Positions 55,611-64,000 of a stretch of DNA of 64,000 nucleotides are shown here, piece after piece. Source of the DNA: an uncultured virus (IMG/VR IMGVR_UViG_3300025009_000081) (Duplodnaviria; Heunggongvirae; Uroviricota; Caudoviricetes); IMG/VR virus record IMGVR_UViG_3300025009_000081; one strand, written 5' to 3'. The notes under the pieces were generated by a model. The model made no database searches, was not told the origin of the DNA, and worked only from the letters and a program-made list of their open reading frames with translations. Positions within the stretch are counted from its first letter, which is position 1, and each line of letters opens with the position of its first letter. A program made the translations under genes and the position numbers.

Positions 55611-56026
55611 GTTTGTTTTTCCCCATAACCATTACTGCGATTCGTAAAGTAGGGATGCTTGTCGAAGGCGTGTGGTCATCCGTGGGTTTTCTTCTGGACA
55701 CCGATTCAGAGGTTATAAACAACACCGATGGGGAAGCACTGATTGCAGAACAAAATGCAAGTGGAGACACTTTTTACATCAGAGGCTCGGTTCAACCAAT
55801 CACAGGCAAGGACATGGACAGTTTACCCATAGGCCGATCAGACATTGGCCGGGTGAAACTCTACACCAGTACAAAACTTGAGGTTGGAGTAACAGGTTCA
55901 GACAACACTGGTGATTTAATCCAGTATGATGGCCGGGTCTGGGAAGTCATTCAAGAGTCTACTTATGCAAACGGACTCATTGCACATTACAAATACATAG
56001 CAGAGTACAGGGAGGAAGTAGCATGA
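55607..56026 (+). CDS. head closure-like protein
   Basis: SVQP.....LP.G, D...YDG..WEV and H.KY.A. Confidence 0.65.
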   Translation: MSLFFPITITAIRKVGMLVEGVWSSVGFLLDTDSEVINNTDGEALIAEQNASGDTFYIRGSVQPITGKDMDSLPIGRSDIGRVKLYTSTKLEVGVTGSDNTGDLIQYDGRVWEVIQESTYANGLIAHYKYIAEYREEVA

Positions 56027-56541
56027 CCTCAGCAACTCTGTTTTCAAAAGTTTATAGTTGGGTAAACCTGAGCATTAATGCAGACCTTAGTACACCCATA
56101 GTCATTATGAAGAGTTTCCAGGACATCTCACAACCAGCACAGACATTTATTTCTATCGATCCCATAGGCAGAATATCAAGAGTGGGTATGCCTTACAAAT
56201 CAGCCCTTGACAACGATGCCGAGGGAACTATTAAAAACACATACAGGACTTCCCTAAGTATTAGACAGGTTGGTGGTGTTGGAGAGTACCTGCAAAAACT
56301 AATTGACAATTATGAACTTCAATCCGTGCAAGACAATCTTTATTCTGCTGGTCTTTCCCTTTCAACTTTTGGTGACATTATTTCTATGCCCTCATTAATT
56401 GGTGCAGGAAACTGGAAACAAGAGAAGTGGGTACCTGAGTGTGTAATGGAAGTAGTTTTCCTATTTGCTTCAGAGAATACAATCACATCTAACTGGATTG
56501 AAACAGTGGATATTACAAACAATATAAATCAAGGAGACTAA
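56023..56541 (+). CDS. tail terminator-like protein
   Basis: Position before the sheath gene; ends WIETV.I. Confidence 0.55.
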   Translation: MTSATLFSKVYSWVNLSINADLSTPIVIMKSFQDISQPAQTFISIDPIGRISRVGMPYKSALDNDAEGTIKNTYRTSLSIRQVGGVGEYLQKLIDNYELQSVQDNLYSAGLSLSTFGDIISMPSLIGAGNWKQEKWVPECVMEVVFLFASENTITSNWIETVDITNNINQGD

Positions 56542-56542
56542 C

Positions 56543-57877
56543 ATGAGTTCAATACCTTCAAGTATTGTCGAAGTTACAATAAGCAGGAATACAACTGCTG
56601 TAACACAGGCAGGGTTTGGAATACCGGGTATCATTTCAGAATTTGCTACCAGTGTAACAACCGTTCCTTTTGACAGATATGCTTACTATGCAAGCCTGGC
56701 TGAGATGGCTGCTGCTGGCTGGTCCACTTCAAGCAAAGAGTATCTTGCTGCATCAGCAATCTTTGCACAGAACCCACACCCTGCACAGGTGCTCATTGGC
56801 AGAAAAGCCAGTACAGACACCAGTTGGGCAGACGCTTTCAATGCTGTTCAAGCAGCACAGGAAGATTGGTACAGCTTCAGCATTATTCCTAAAGCCCAGG
56901 GAAAAATGGTTTTCAGTGCTGATCTAAGTGCTTCAAACCAAGTGGCAGTTACTCTGAATACTTTCAGTATCACACCAGTGTCTTTTTCACTTAGCCATTT
57001 GAACACAGCTAACTTGGTTATTACAGCTATCGAAAGTGCATTGGCTGACAGCGATGCTTCACTTGATGCAACCGATACAACTAACCGTACAATCCTTGTT
57101 GACAAGTTTGCAACGGATATTGACATCACCACTGCAACCGTTACTGGTGGATCAGCTGTGACTATCACAAAAACAAACACCAATGACAGTGACCTCAAAG
57201 CAGCAATGGCTTGGGCAGAAACCCAGACCAAGTTGTTCTTTGCAAGTACCAATGATGTCAATGCTTGGGATGCAGTAGCAACTTCAGATGTGGGTTACTT
57301 TGCTAAGAACGCAGCTTACACAAGAACTGTGAACTTCTTTCACACCACAGCAAACACCTACATTGAAGAAGCCATGCAGGGTGAGGAAATGCCTTTTGAC
57401 CCAGGTGAATCAACTTTCTGCTACAAAACTCTTGCTGGAATCAGTGCTGATGTACTGACCACAACCAAGATCAATGCACTGCTTGACAAAAACTACAACA
57501 TCTACAATACCGTTGGTGGAGTAAATATTACCAGAGATGGTCTTGCGGCTTCAGGTGAGAACATTGACATCATCAGAAATCTGGACTACTTGAACTCACT
57601 TATCCAGACAACGATCTTTGCAAACTTCCTGAACAACAGAAAGATTCCTTATGACGATTCCGGTATTGCTTCCATCGTTGCTCTTTTACAAGGGGCATTG
57701 GCTCAAGCAGCTAGAGAAGGCATCCTTCAGGAAAGCTCAATAGTTGTGACAGCCCCGAAGTATGCTGACATTTCCAGTCTGAACAAAACAAATAGAAATT
57801 TACCTGACATCACATTTACTGCATTGCTCTTAGGTGCAATCAGAAGTGTTGAGATTTCAGGAACAGTAACGGTTTAA
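56543..57877 (+). CDS. tail sheath protein (DUF3383-type)
   Basis: IV.V.IS..T...QAGFG, FAQ.P.P, DWY, K.L.GI, G..ID.IR..D.L, KIPY.D.G and GAI..V.I.G.V. Confidence 0.88.
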   Translation: MSSIPSSIVEVTISRNTTAVTQAGFGIPGIISEFATSVTTVPFDRYAYYASLAEMAAAGWSTSSKEYLAASAIFAQNPHPAQVLIGRKASTDTSWADAFNAVQAAQEDWYSFSIIPKAQGKMVFSADLSASNQVAVTLNTFSITPVSFSLSHLNTANLVITAIESALADSDASLDATDTTNRTILVDKFATDIDITTATVTGGSAVTITKTNTNDSDLKAAMAWAETQTKLFFASTNDVNAWDAVATSDVGYFAKNAAYTRTVNFFHTTANTYIEEAMQGEEMPFDPGESTFCYKTLAGISADVLTTTKINALLDKNYNIYNTVGGVNITRDGLAASGENIDIIRNLDYLNSLIQTTIFANFLNNRKIPYDDSGIASIVALLQGALAQAAREGILQESSIVVTAPKYADISSLNKTNRNLPDITFTALLLGAIRSVEISGTVTV

Positions 57878-57891
57878 GGAGGAGAATAACA

Positions 57892-58323
57892 ATGGCTAGT
57901 GAAGTATATACATACAGGCCCAATCAAGTATCAGTCACCTGTAATGGTGTTGCTATTACTGGGTTTGCAGAAAACTCATTTATAAAAGTCACCAGAAATG
58001 GTGATCTCTTTGAAAGCATCAAGGGAGCCGATGGTACAGTTGATAGAGTCTACAAAGCCTCTACTGACTTCACTGTTGAACTAACATTGAAGCAAACAAG
58101 TCCAGCTAACTTATTGCTTCAGGGTTATGTAACTCTGGATGCTGCAAGCAATGCTGGTATCTTTGTTTTTAATGTAACAGACTCTTCTGGCAACTCTACT
58201 TTCACTGCTCCTCAAGCATGGGTCTCAAAAGATCCCGATGAAGAGTATGGAAATGGTGTGGGTGACAGAACCTGGACTATGAAAACAGGCAATGGGTGCA
58301 TCAAAGTTACTGGTGGAAACTAA
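57892..58323 (+). CDS. tail tube protein (DUF3277-type)
   Basis: TY.P..V.V...G..ITGF, GADG, L.QTSP.N..L and R.W. Confidence 0.85.
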   Translation: MASEVYTYRPNQVSVTCNGVAITGFAENSFIKVTRNGDLFESIKGADGTVDRVYKASTDFTVELTLKQTSPANLLLQGYVTLDAASNAGIFVFNVTDSSGNSTFTAPQAWVSKDPDEEYGNGVGDRTWTMKTGNGCIKVTGGN

Positions 58324-58349
58324 GTAATCATCAACAGGGGTAAGCAAAA

Positions 58350-58841
58350 ATGATACAACCAACAGATGTTGTAATAGACAATCTAAAATTCCAAATCTCA
58401 ATGCTGGATGTGCTGGAAGCCATAGTTCTGGACAAAAGAGTCACAGAACTGGTCCTCCCAGTTATGTCTGCATTGTTACAGGGCAAGGAAGGGGAAGTTT
58501 CCCCGGAAGCCAGAGTAAATGACCCAGAGAGCATGGCTAGACTCATGGATGGGATCCTAAATGCTCTTATGAAACTTGACAGTTCTTTTATGACCGAACT
58601 AACCCAGAAGCTCCTGAGATGTGTGGTGACATTCATTGATGGCAAGGGTAATGTTCAGCTCACAGAAAGGAATGACATAAATACTGTATTTGCAGGTAAA
58701 TTTCTGACTCTCTACAAGTTATTGTTGAAAGTCATGGAGGTGAATAAATTCACCCCTTTCGCACTACTGGCTTCTGGATTCGTAATGCCAGGAACCAGTA
58801 CCTTGCAAGGGGGCATGGAAAGCAAGCCAAAGATGAAGTAG
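58350..58841 (+). CDS. tail assembly chaperone
   Basis: Lies between tube and tape measure genes; F.G....LY.L...V..VN.F. Confidence 0.75.
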   Translation: MIQPTDVVIDNLKFQISMLDVLEAIVLDKRVTELVLPVMSALLQGKEGEVSPEARVNDPESMARLMDGILNALMKLDSSFMTELTQKLLRCVVTFIDGKGNVQLTERNDINTVFAGKFLTLYKLLLKVMEVNKFTPFALLASGFVMPGTSTLQGGMESKPKMK

Positions 58842-59047
58842 GTGTAGGTAAAGTGGGGGATCTTTCCCCCATCATAGAAGATGAGTGGCCTTTTTGGAGG
58901 ATTGTCATAGATGGCAAAAGGGATATATCAGAGGTGAGACAAATGGATTTAGAAGAAATCGACAAATACAACTCAATACTGACTATGCGTTCTGACTATG
59001 ACACCGCTTTCCACAACTATTACGAAAAAACAGCGGAGGCTAAGTAA
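58754..59047 (+). CDS. -1 frameshift extension of the tail chaperone
   Basis: C CCT TTC slippery heptamer; the -1 frame is open from 58748 to the stop at 59045-59047. Confidence 0.7.
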   Translation, partial: PFRTTGFWIRNARNQYLARGHGKQAKDEVGVGKVGDLSPIIEDEWPFWRIVIDGKRDISEVRQMDLEEIDKYNSILTMRSDYDTAFHNYYEKTAEAK

Positions 59048-60912
59048 TGGCTTCATCTGAAGTAGTAAAAGAACTCGTTACCGTCCTTGGCTTCAAGGTT
59101 GACAAAAATGGGATTATCCAGGCCAGAAGCAGCGTAAACAGTTTCAAATCTTTTGCTATGAAAGCCTTTGCTGCTATAGGGGCTATACAGCTCGGTAGAG
59201 GGGCTTTCCAACTAACCTCAGACATAGACAATGCCAAAGCCTCGATGACGGCTCTGACGGGCAGTGGTGAGAAAACAGCAGAGATGATGACACAGCTCAG
59301 AGCTATGTCAGAACAACTCAGACCCTCGTGGACACAGTTCTCAGATGCAGCCAAGCAATTACTTGTCTATGGTGTGAGTGCTGAGAAGGTTGTGGAGATC
59401 ACAAGACAACTGACTGATGTCAGCGGTGGAAGCAATGTCATGTTCAGCAGACTTGCTTATGCACTGGGACAGATCAACAGTGCTGGTATTCTCCGTGGAC
59501 AGGATCTAAGACAACTTACTGAAGCCGGATTTAATCCACTTGAAACCATGGCAAAGGCTACAGGCAAGACTTCTGAATACTACAGAGAACTGATGAAGAA
59601 AAGTATGATTAGTTCTGCTGCTGTATTCAAAGCACTCCAGATAGAGACAAGTGCTGGTGGAAGGTTCTTTGGAGTTGCTGACAAGCAAGCCAAGACTCTG
59701 GGTGGTAGTATTGATGTACTTAGAAACAACCTGAAGAACATGAGTTATGACCTAATGAACATAGTGTCACCAAGTATTATCAGAATTGCCAACAGAATGA
59801 AAGAATGGGCAAAGACTTCTTTACTACCATGGATGAAAGCACACAAGGCAGAAATTAAGAAAATTGGAGATGACTTGTTTGGTATCTTGGAGAAACTAGG
59901 TCCGGCAATTTTGACTACTTTCAAATTACTGGGTCCTTTGCTTTTTCTTATGATAAACAACCTCCCAATAGTTATAAGTTTATGGATGGGTCTAAAAGCA
60001 CTTGAATTGGTGAAATTTTTTATCTCTTTTGGTGTGGAGGCTATTATCCTGTCCAATAGTTTAAAAGGGCTAATTGCTGTAGTCTTCCCTGCTTTAGTTT
60101 CTTCCTTAGAAAGCATCTATCTTGCTTTTCTTTATATAAAACAGGGAGAGTTTGCTGTTGTATTTGTGAACATGGCTAAAGGTATTGTTTTCCTAAAAAA
60201 GGCTTTTCTTGCATGGGCCCCAGTTGTACTACTTGGTGCTTTTGCCCTGATGACATTGTACTATTGGTGGACAATGTGGGATAGAATACAGAACCAAAGT
60301 AAGTACCAAGAAAACCTACGAGAAAGTGCAAAGGCTGTAAAAGAACTTACAGATTTAGAGATAGCACGATCAAAACTTTTCAAGACCATGAATCAACCCG
60401 GTGGAGCACTGAATGGTGGTGTGGATTACTTGCAGGAAAAAAGTCAACTGAAAAAATTAGATGATCAGATACATGAGGCCAAATTAAGAAAGCAGAATAT
60501 GGACATACTTCTGGGTGAGAGTATGCAGCAGCCTTTCTTAGAGTCCACTGTTTTAGGTGGAGCCAATGATTATGTAAACAAGATGACTTTTGGGTTTGTT
60601 GATATAGCTAAGTCACTGGATAATATGAAGACAAACAGAGCCAATCAGTACACCAGTTATCCCAATGGTGGATTTGACCCCAACAATGCACCCTTTGATC
60701 CCAGAACAAATGCACCTCTACAAACACCCTTTAGGGACAGAACCCTTCCCGGAGTAGGTCCTACACTAAATCAGGCAACAACAATTAATGTGACAGCTAA
60801 TGGCTTAACTCCTAAAGATTTTGAGAAGACCGTAGCTGACACGGTGAAAACAACAGTTATTAGCCAACACAGAGCGATGTGGGGAAAAGTAATTGGGGAG
60901 GCTAATCAATAA
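59047..60912 (+). CDS. tape measure protein
   Basis: ELV..LGF.VD, ALGQI.S.G.L.GQDL.QL.EAG, hydrophobic central segment. Confidence 0.9.
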   Translation: MASSEVVKELVTVLGFKVDKNGIIQARSSVNSFKSFAMKAFAAIGAIQLGRGAFQLTSDIDNAKASMTALTGSGEKTAEMMTQLRAMSEQLRPSWTQFSDAAKQLLVYGVSAEKVVEITRQLTDVSGGSNVMFSRLAYALGQINSAGILRGQDLRQLTEAGFNPLETMAKATGKTSEYYRELMKKSMISSAAVFKALQIETSAGGRFFGVADKQAKTLGGSIDVLRNNLKNMSYDLMNIVSPSIIRIANRMKEWAKTSLLPWMKAHKAEIKKIGDDLFGILEKLGPAILTTFKLLGPLLFLMINNLPIVISLWMGLKALELVKFFISFGVEAIILSNSLKGLIAVVFPALVSSLESIYLAFLYIKQGEFAVVFVNMAKGIVFLKKAFLAWAPVVLLGAFALMTLYYWWTMWDRIQNQSKYQENLRESAKAVKELTDLEIARSKLFKTMNQPGGALNGGVDYLQEKSQLKKLDDQIHEAKLRKQNMDILLGESMQQPFLESTVLGGANDYVNKMTFGFVDIAKSLDNMKTNRANQYTSYPNGGFDPNNAPFDPRTNAPLQTPFRDRTLPGVGPTLNQATTINVTANGLTPKDFEKTVADTVKTTVISQHRAMWGKVIGEANQ

Positions 60913-61619
60913 TGCCAGGTTTAGTTTCAGGACTCTTAACACTTGCTCAAGGCGTACAGAACATACACCTTTTGTTTCCCGACACCTACAGTGTGGGAGC
61001 AATAAAGTTTGACCTTATTCTTGCGGAGTCTCACAGCTTTGAGAACAGTGTAACCTCACATGCACTCCAAGATGGAACGGTAATCTCAGATCACATCTAC
61101 AACAAATTACAGACTGGCACATTAAAAGGTATGGTTTCCAACTACAGTATCATTAAAAACTTTGGGATACTAACTGGTGTGTTCAACGAAACCTCTCTGA
61201 TGTCATTGAGCAATCCTTTTGGCATACCTAATAAAATGAAAAATACCTATGATGCTTTCAAGAAGCTCTGGCAGTCCAGAGAGCTTGTTACCATAGTCAC
61301 TATGTTGCAGTCCTACACCGATGTAGCCATTACTTCCATCAATATAGATAGGGATGGAGACAGTGGACACTCACAGACCTTTGAGGTGAGTTTCCAACAG
61401 ATCAAGAAAGTGGTGTTCCAGAAAGACCTGTCACAGTTTGTGGGTCCCAATGTACCCAACACCACACTAACAGATGTGCAGAAGCAAGCAGCTACAAAAG
61501 CAGCAGTTGCAAAGACAGCAGTTGCAGAAAAAGTAACAGTGGACTGGGCAACTGCTACTAATGGTAACACAGTAGATACTCCAGTGGTTGAAACAAGTAA
61601 TAGAAATTGGTGGGAATAA
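60912..61619 (+). CDS. baseplate/tube initiator-like protein
   Basis: D....E.H.....VT.H....G..ISDH and VTIVT....Y....I.S. Confidence 0.7.
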   Translation: MPGLVSGLLTLAQGVQNIHLLFPDTYSVGAIKFDLILAESHSFENSVTSHALQDGTVISDHIYNKLQTGTLKGMVSNYSIIKNFGILTGVFNETSLMSLSNPFGIPNKMKNTYDAFKKLWQSRELVTIVTMLQSYTDVAITSINIDRDGDSGHSQTFEVSFQQIKKVVFQKDLSQFVGPNVPNTTLTDVQKQAATKAAVAKTAVAEKVTVDWATATNGNTVDTPVVETSNRNWWE

Positions 61620-61972
61620 TGGATAGGATACCTGTTTTAAAACTTACTTCTTCTGACAACGTGCAGACAATCATATTTGATTATCAGTCCGTTACTCTGA
61701 GATTTTACTGGAATGTAAGGGCTAACTGCTTTTTCCTTGATGTAACCGACACCAACAGCAATACCTTGTATGGGATCAAAGTGGTTCCAAACTGGCCACT
61801 ACTACAATCCTATAAAGGTCACACAGACTTCCGGGGTGATATAATTGTTCTCCCCAACACCAACAATTTTCCCACAGAAATCACATGGGATAATTTTGGC
61901 ACCAATTGGTTTCCCTGGTTTATGAGCACGGCAGAACTTGTGCAGTGGGAGGACTACTATGGCTTGGCTTAG
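61619..61972 (+). CDS. baseplate protein
   Basis: LRF.WN.R....LD.......L.GIK.V...PLL. Confidence 0.7.
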   Translation: MDRIPVLKLTSSDNVQTIIFDYQSVTLRFYWNVRANCFFLDVTDTNSNTLYGIKVVPNWPLLQSYKGHTDFRGDIIVLPNTNNFPTEITWDNFGTNWFPWFMSTAELVQWEDYYGLA

Positions 61973-62846
61973 AAAAGCAGAACTTAGTATCAATGGCCTC
62001 AATCTACTCACTGATGAAAACCAGAAAGATGGACTTGACATGGAGTTTGACATTGTCCGCAACATAGACTTTACAAAGTCCACAGCTAACTTTAAGGTTT
62101 ACAACGCCAGTGCTTTTGTGAGAAAAGAAATACTCAAGGAAGCCAGCAGCATTGTTTTCAAAGCAGGTTATGCCGATGAGACCGATGCCTTTGGTGAAAT
62201 ATTTAGTGGCTTTGTCTGGACATCGTACTCATATCTTGAGGACAACAACTGGGTAACTGAAATAGAAGCAATGGATCAACTGGATTCAGGAATATACAAC
62301 AAGACCTTCAGGAAAGGCACGGCTATACTGGACATAATTACCTATGTCAACGGCATACTTGGGTATAGTGACAAGATTGTGGGTTCACAGTACCTAAACG
62401 GAATCACAATGAAGCAAGGTTTTAATAACCCCGGCTACCTCAGAGGCTATTTGAAAGCCTGTTCTGATGTACTGCTCAGCAAAGGGCTATATTTGTTTGT
62501 GGACTTGGGGAGCATATTCATTGTGGACAAGGGAAACATTGGTGATCTTATGAGACTCACAATTCCCCTGGATTACAACAGTGGACTCAAGAGCATAGAG
62601 GACATAACCCAAAACAAGTTTTTTAAAACAATCAAACCAAGAAAAACACCATTGAAGATTCCTATTGATGAAAGTCCCAAGATAAGATTTAATTGCTTGC
62701 TTGATCCAAGACTTGTACCTGCTGGTGGGATTAAAATAAACATAGGGAACCCATCCTTTGATTGGACCTACATGATTGAGGAATTGAAGTTTCATGGTGA
62801 CAACTTTGGTGGTGACTTTGACTGCACTGGGGAGGCCACTTTATGA
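61959..62846 (+). CDS. baseplate hub protein
   Basis: F.I......STA....YN, AGY.....IF.G, LL.P.L and F.GD...... Confidence 0.75.
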   Translation: MAWLRKAELSINGLNLLTDENQKDGLDMEFDIVRNIDFTKSTANFKVYNASAFVRKEILKEASSIVFKAGYADETDAFGEIFSGFVWTSYSYLEDNNWVTEIEAMDQLDSGIYNKTFRKGTAILDIITYVNGILGYSDKIVGSQYLNGITMKQGFNNPGYLRGYLKACSDVLLSKGLYLFVDLGSIFIVDKGNIGDLMRLTIPLDYNSGLKSIEDITQNKFFKTIKPRKTPLKIPIDESPKIRFNCLLDPRLVPAGGIKINIGNPSFDWTYMIEELKFHGDNFGGDFDCTGEATL

Positions 62847-63529
62847 GTGACTTCAGTATAGCCGATCACCTGGATACATGGATCAAGAGCCAGTTCAGAG
62901 CAGTACACACCGTTCTTCCGGGCAGAATAAATGCTTATCACGGGCATGATGTGAGAAAGGCTGATGTGGATTTGCTTATGACATTACCTGTTGGGGAAAA
63001 CAACTTTGTGGAAGTCAATCCACTGCTAGACATACCAGTTATTTTTCCTGGCAGTGCAAGATTCAACTTTGTGTATAGCCTTCAGAAAGGTGATCCTTGC
63101 CTGATTCTGTTCTGTGAGAATGATATTGGTAACTACTTAGGGATTCCCCTGGAATCTGGAAGTATCAATTTGGCAAGTGCTAAGAAAGTGGACCCTGCAA
63201 ACAATTTGAAGTTCAAACTCCAACATGCAGTATGCTTGCCTTTTTCCATAAACCCTGATGCTTACATACCCACAGCAGCACCAAGTAGCATTGTAGAGAA
63301 TGATGGGGTAATTGAGATCAATGGCAATACAAAGCAGTTTGTGACCCATGCAGAATTAAGTTCTCTATTGGCAACTTTCATGACAGCTCTTAATTTACAC
63401 ACACATGCTGTTACAGCTCTAGCTGCCTCAACTGGGCCTATGACAACACTTATTGATTATCCAACACTTGTACCCATATCTTTGGATATTAGTACAGCAA
63501 CAACAACAAAAGTGAAGGCTGGTGTATGA
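62843..63529 (+). CDS. baseplate spike (gp138/gpV-like)
   Basis: HT.LPG.I, L.DIPV.FP, GD.C..LF.E.DI and an HTH metal-binding tip motif. Confidence 0.78.
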   Translation: MSDFSIADHLDTWIKSQFRAVHTVLPGRINAYHGHDVRKADVDLLMTLPVGENNFVEVNPLLDIPVIFPGSARFNFVYSLQKGDPCLILFCENDIGNYLGIPLESGSINLASAKKVDPANNLKFKLQHAVCLPFSINPDAYIPTAAPSSIVENDGVIEINGNTKQFVTHAELSSLLATFMTALNLHTHAVTALAASTGPMTTLIDYPTLVPISLDISTATTTKVKAGV

Positions 63530-63891
63530 AAAACTTTTATCTAACACAAACTCCTCCCAGTGAATATGATCTCACTGTTGTGAACAACAACCTTGCCTTT
63601 ACCACAAACAACACAGACTACATGGCACAGAAGATAATCAATGCCCTGAAAACTTACAAAGGTGAGTTCTTCCTAAACTCCACTCTAGGTGTACCTTACT
63701 TCACAGACATTCTAAAGAAAGGTGTGGACATGGTAACAGTCAAAGCAATTCTTGTGGCAGCGGTTGCAGGCATACAGTTTGTAAAAGAAGTGGTGAGTCT
63801 GGAAATGTCCTACGACAGTGAAAACAGAATAATTTCAGGAGACCTCACTGTGCTCCTAAACAATGACGAACTTTTGAGCCTGGAGATTTAG
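63526..63891 (+). CDS. baseplate wedge/sheath initiator (gp25-like)
   Basis: Q.I...L....GE.FL....G.PY...IL.K. Confidence 0.75.
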   Translation: MKNFYLTQTPPSEYDLTVVNNNLAFTTNNTDYMAQKIINALKTYKGEFFLNSTLGVPYFTDILKKGVDMVTVKAILVAAVAGIQFVKEVVSLEMSYDSENRIISGDLTVLLNNDELLSLEI

Positions 63892-63892
63892 A

Positions 63893-64000
63893 ATGGGAAC
63901 TTATGTAACAGAAAGTGGACTTATTATAAAAACTCTTGCTGAAATTGTAACTGAGTATGAAGCCTACTTCAAAACAATCCTGGGAAATGACATTGACACC
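63893..64000 (+). CDS. baseplate J-like protein (partial)
   Basis: MGTYVTESGLIIKTLAEI...; expected position; runs off the window. Confidence 0.6.
   Translation, partial: MGTYVTESGLIIKTLAEIVTEYEAYFKTILGNDIDT

Noticed and set aside
58839..58850. TAG readthrough or stop-codon reassignment
   Set aside because: Many genes end at TAG or TGA right at the next start and core genes are uninterrupted; a -1 frameshift explains the chaperone extension.
1..64000. Lysogeny module or diversity-generating retroelement
   Set aside because: No integrase, repressor/cro pair, reverse transcriptase or TR/VR pair was recognised, though they could lie outside the window.

Overview
This window is most of a tailed dsDNA phage genome with a contractile tail (myovirus type), read in the standard genetic code and apparently opened inside the tail/baseplate region. 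No integrase, reverse transcriptase or CRISPR array is visible. The + strand at 1-3.9 kb carries the end of the tail-fibre region and a lysis-like block (membrane proteins, class-3 lipase, M15 peptidase). The - strand at 4-47 kb carries recombination, replication and nucleotide genes: primase, split Rad50/SbcC plus Mre11/SbcD, RuvC-like, RecA/UvsX, SSB, UvsY-like, DnaX, UDG-PolA fusion, clamp, DnaB, SNF2 helicase, MT-A70 methylase, RtcB, ThyX and an initiator. It also carries a membrane-anchored glycoside hydrolase, TerS, a sigma factor, AT-rich early genes and a ~1.5 kb non-coding region. The + strand at 47-64 kb runs from TerL and portal through head, neck, sheath, tube and tape measure to baseplate. 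The most unusual items are: (1) two non-canonical tRNA-like structures that form promoter-proximal 5' leaders; (2) a pseudoknot/leader-peptide element upstream of the initiator gene; (3) a free-standing, apparently splicing-dead intein-HNH gene alongside three true inteins, one of them class 3 starting with Asp; (4) a Lar-like gene with attC-like flanks; (5) a recurring TATATTAG-N6-CTAATAT palindrome. All protein calls come from motif recognition by eye; no database searches were run.
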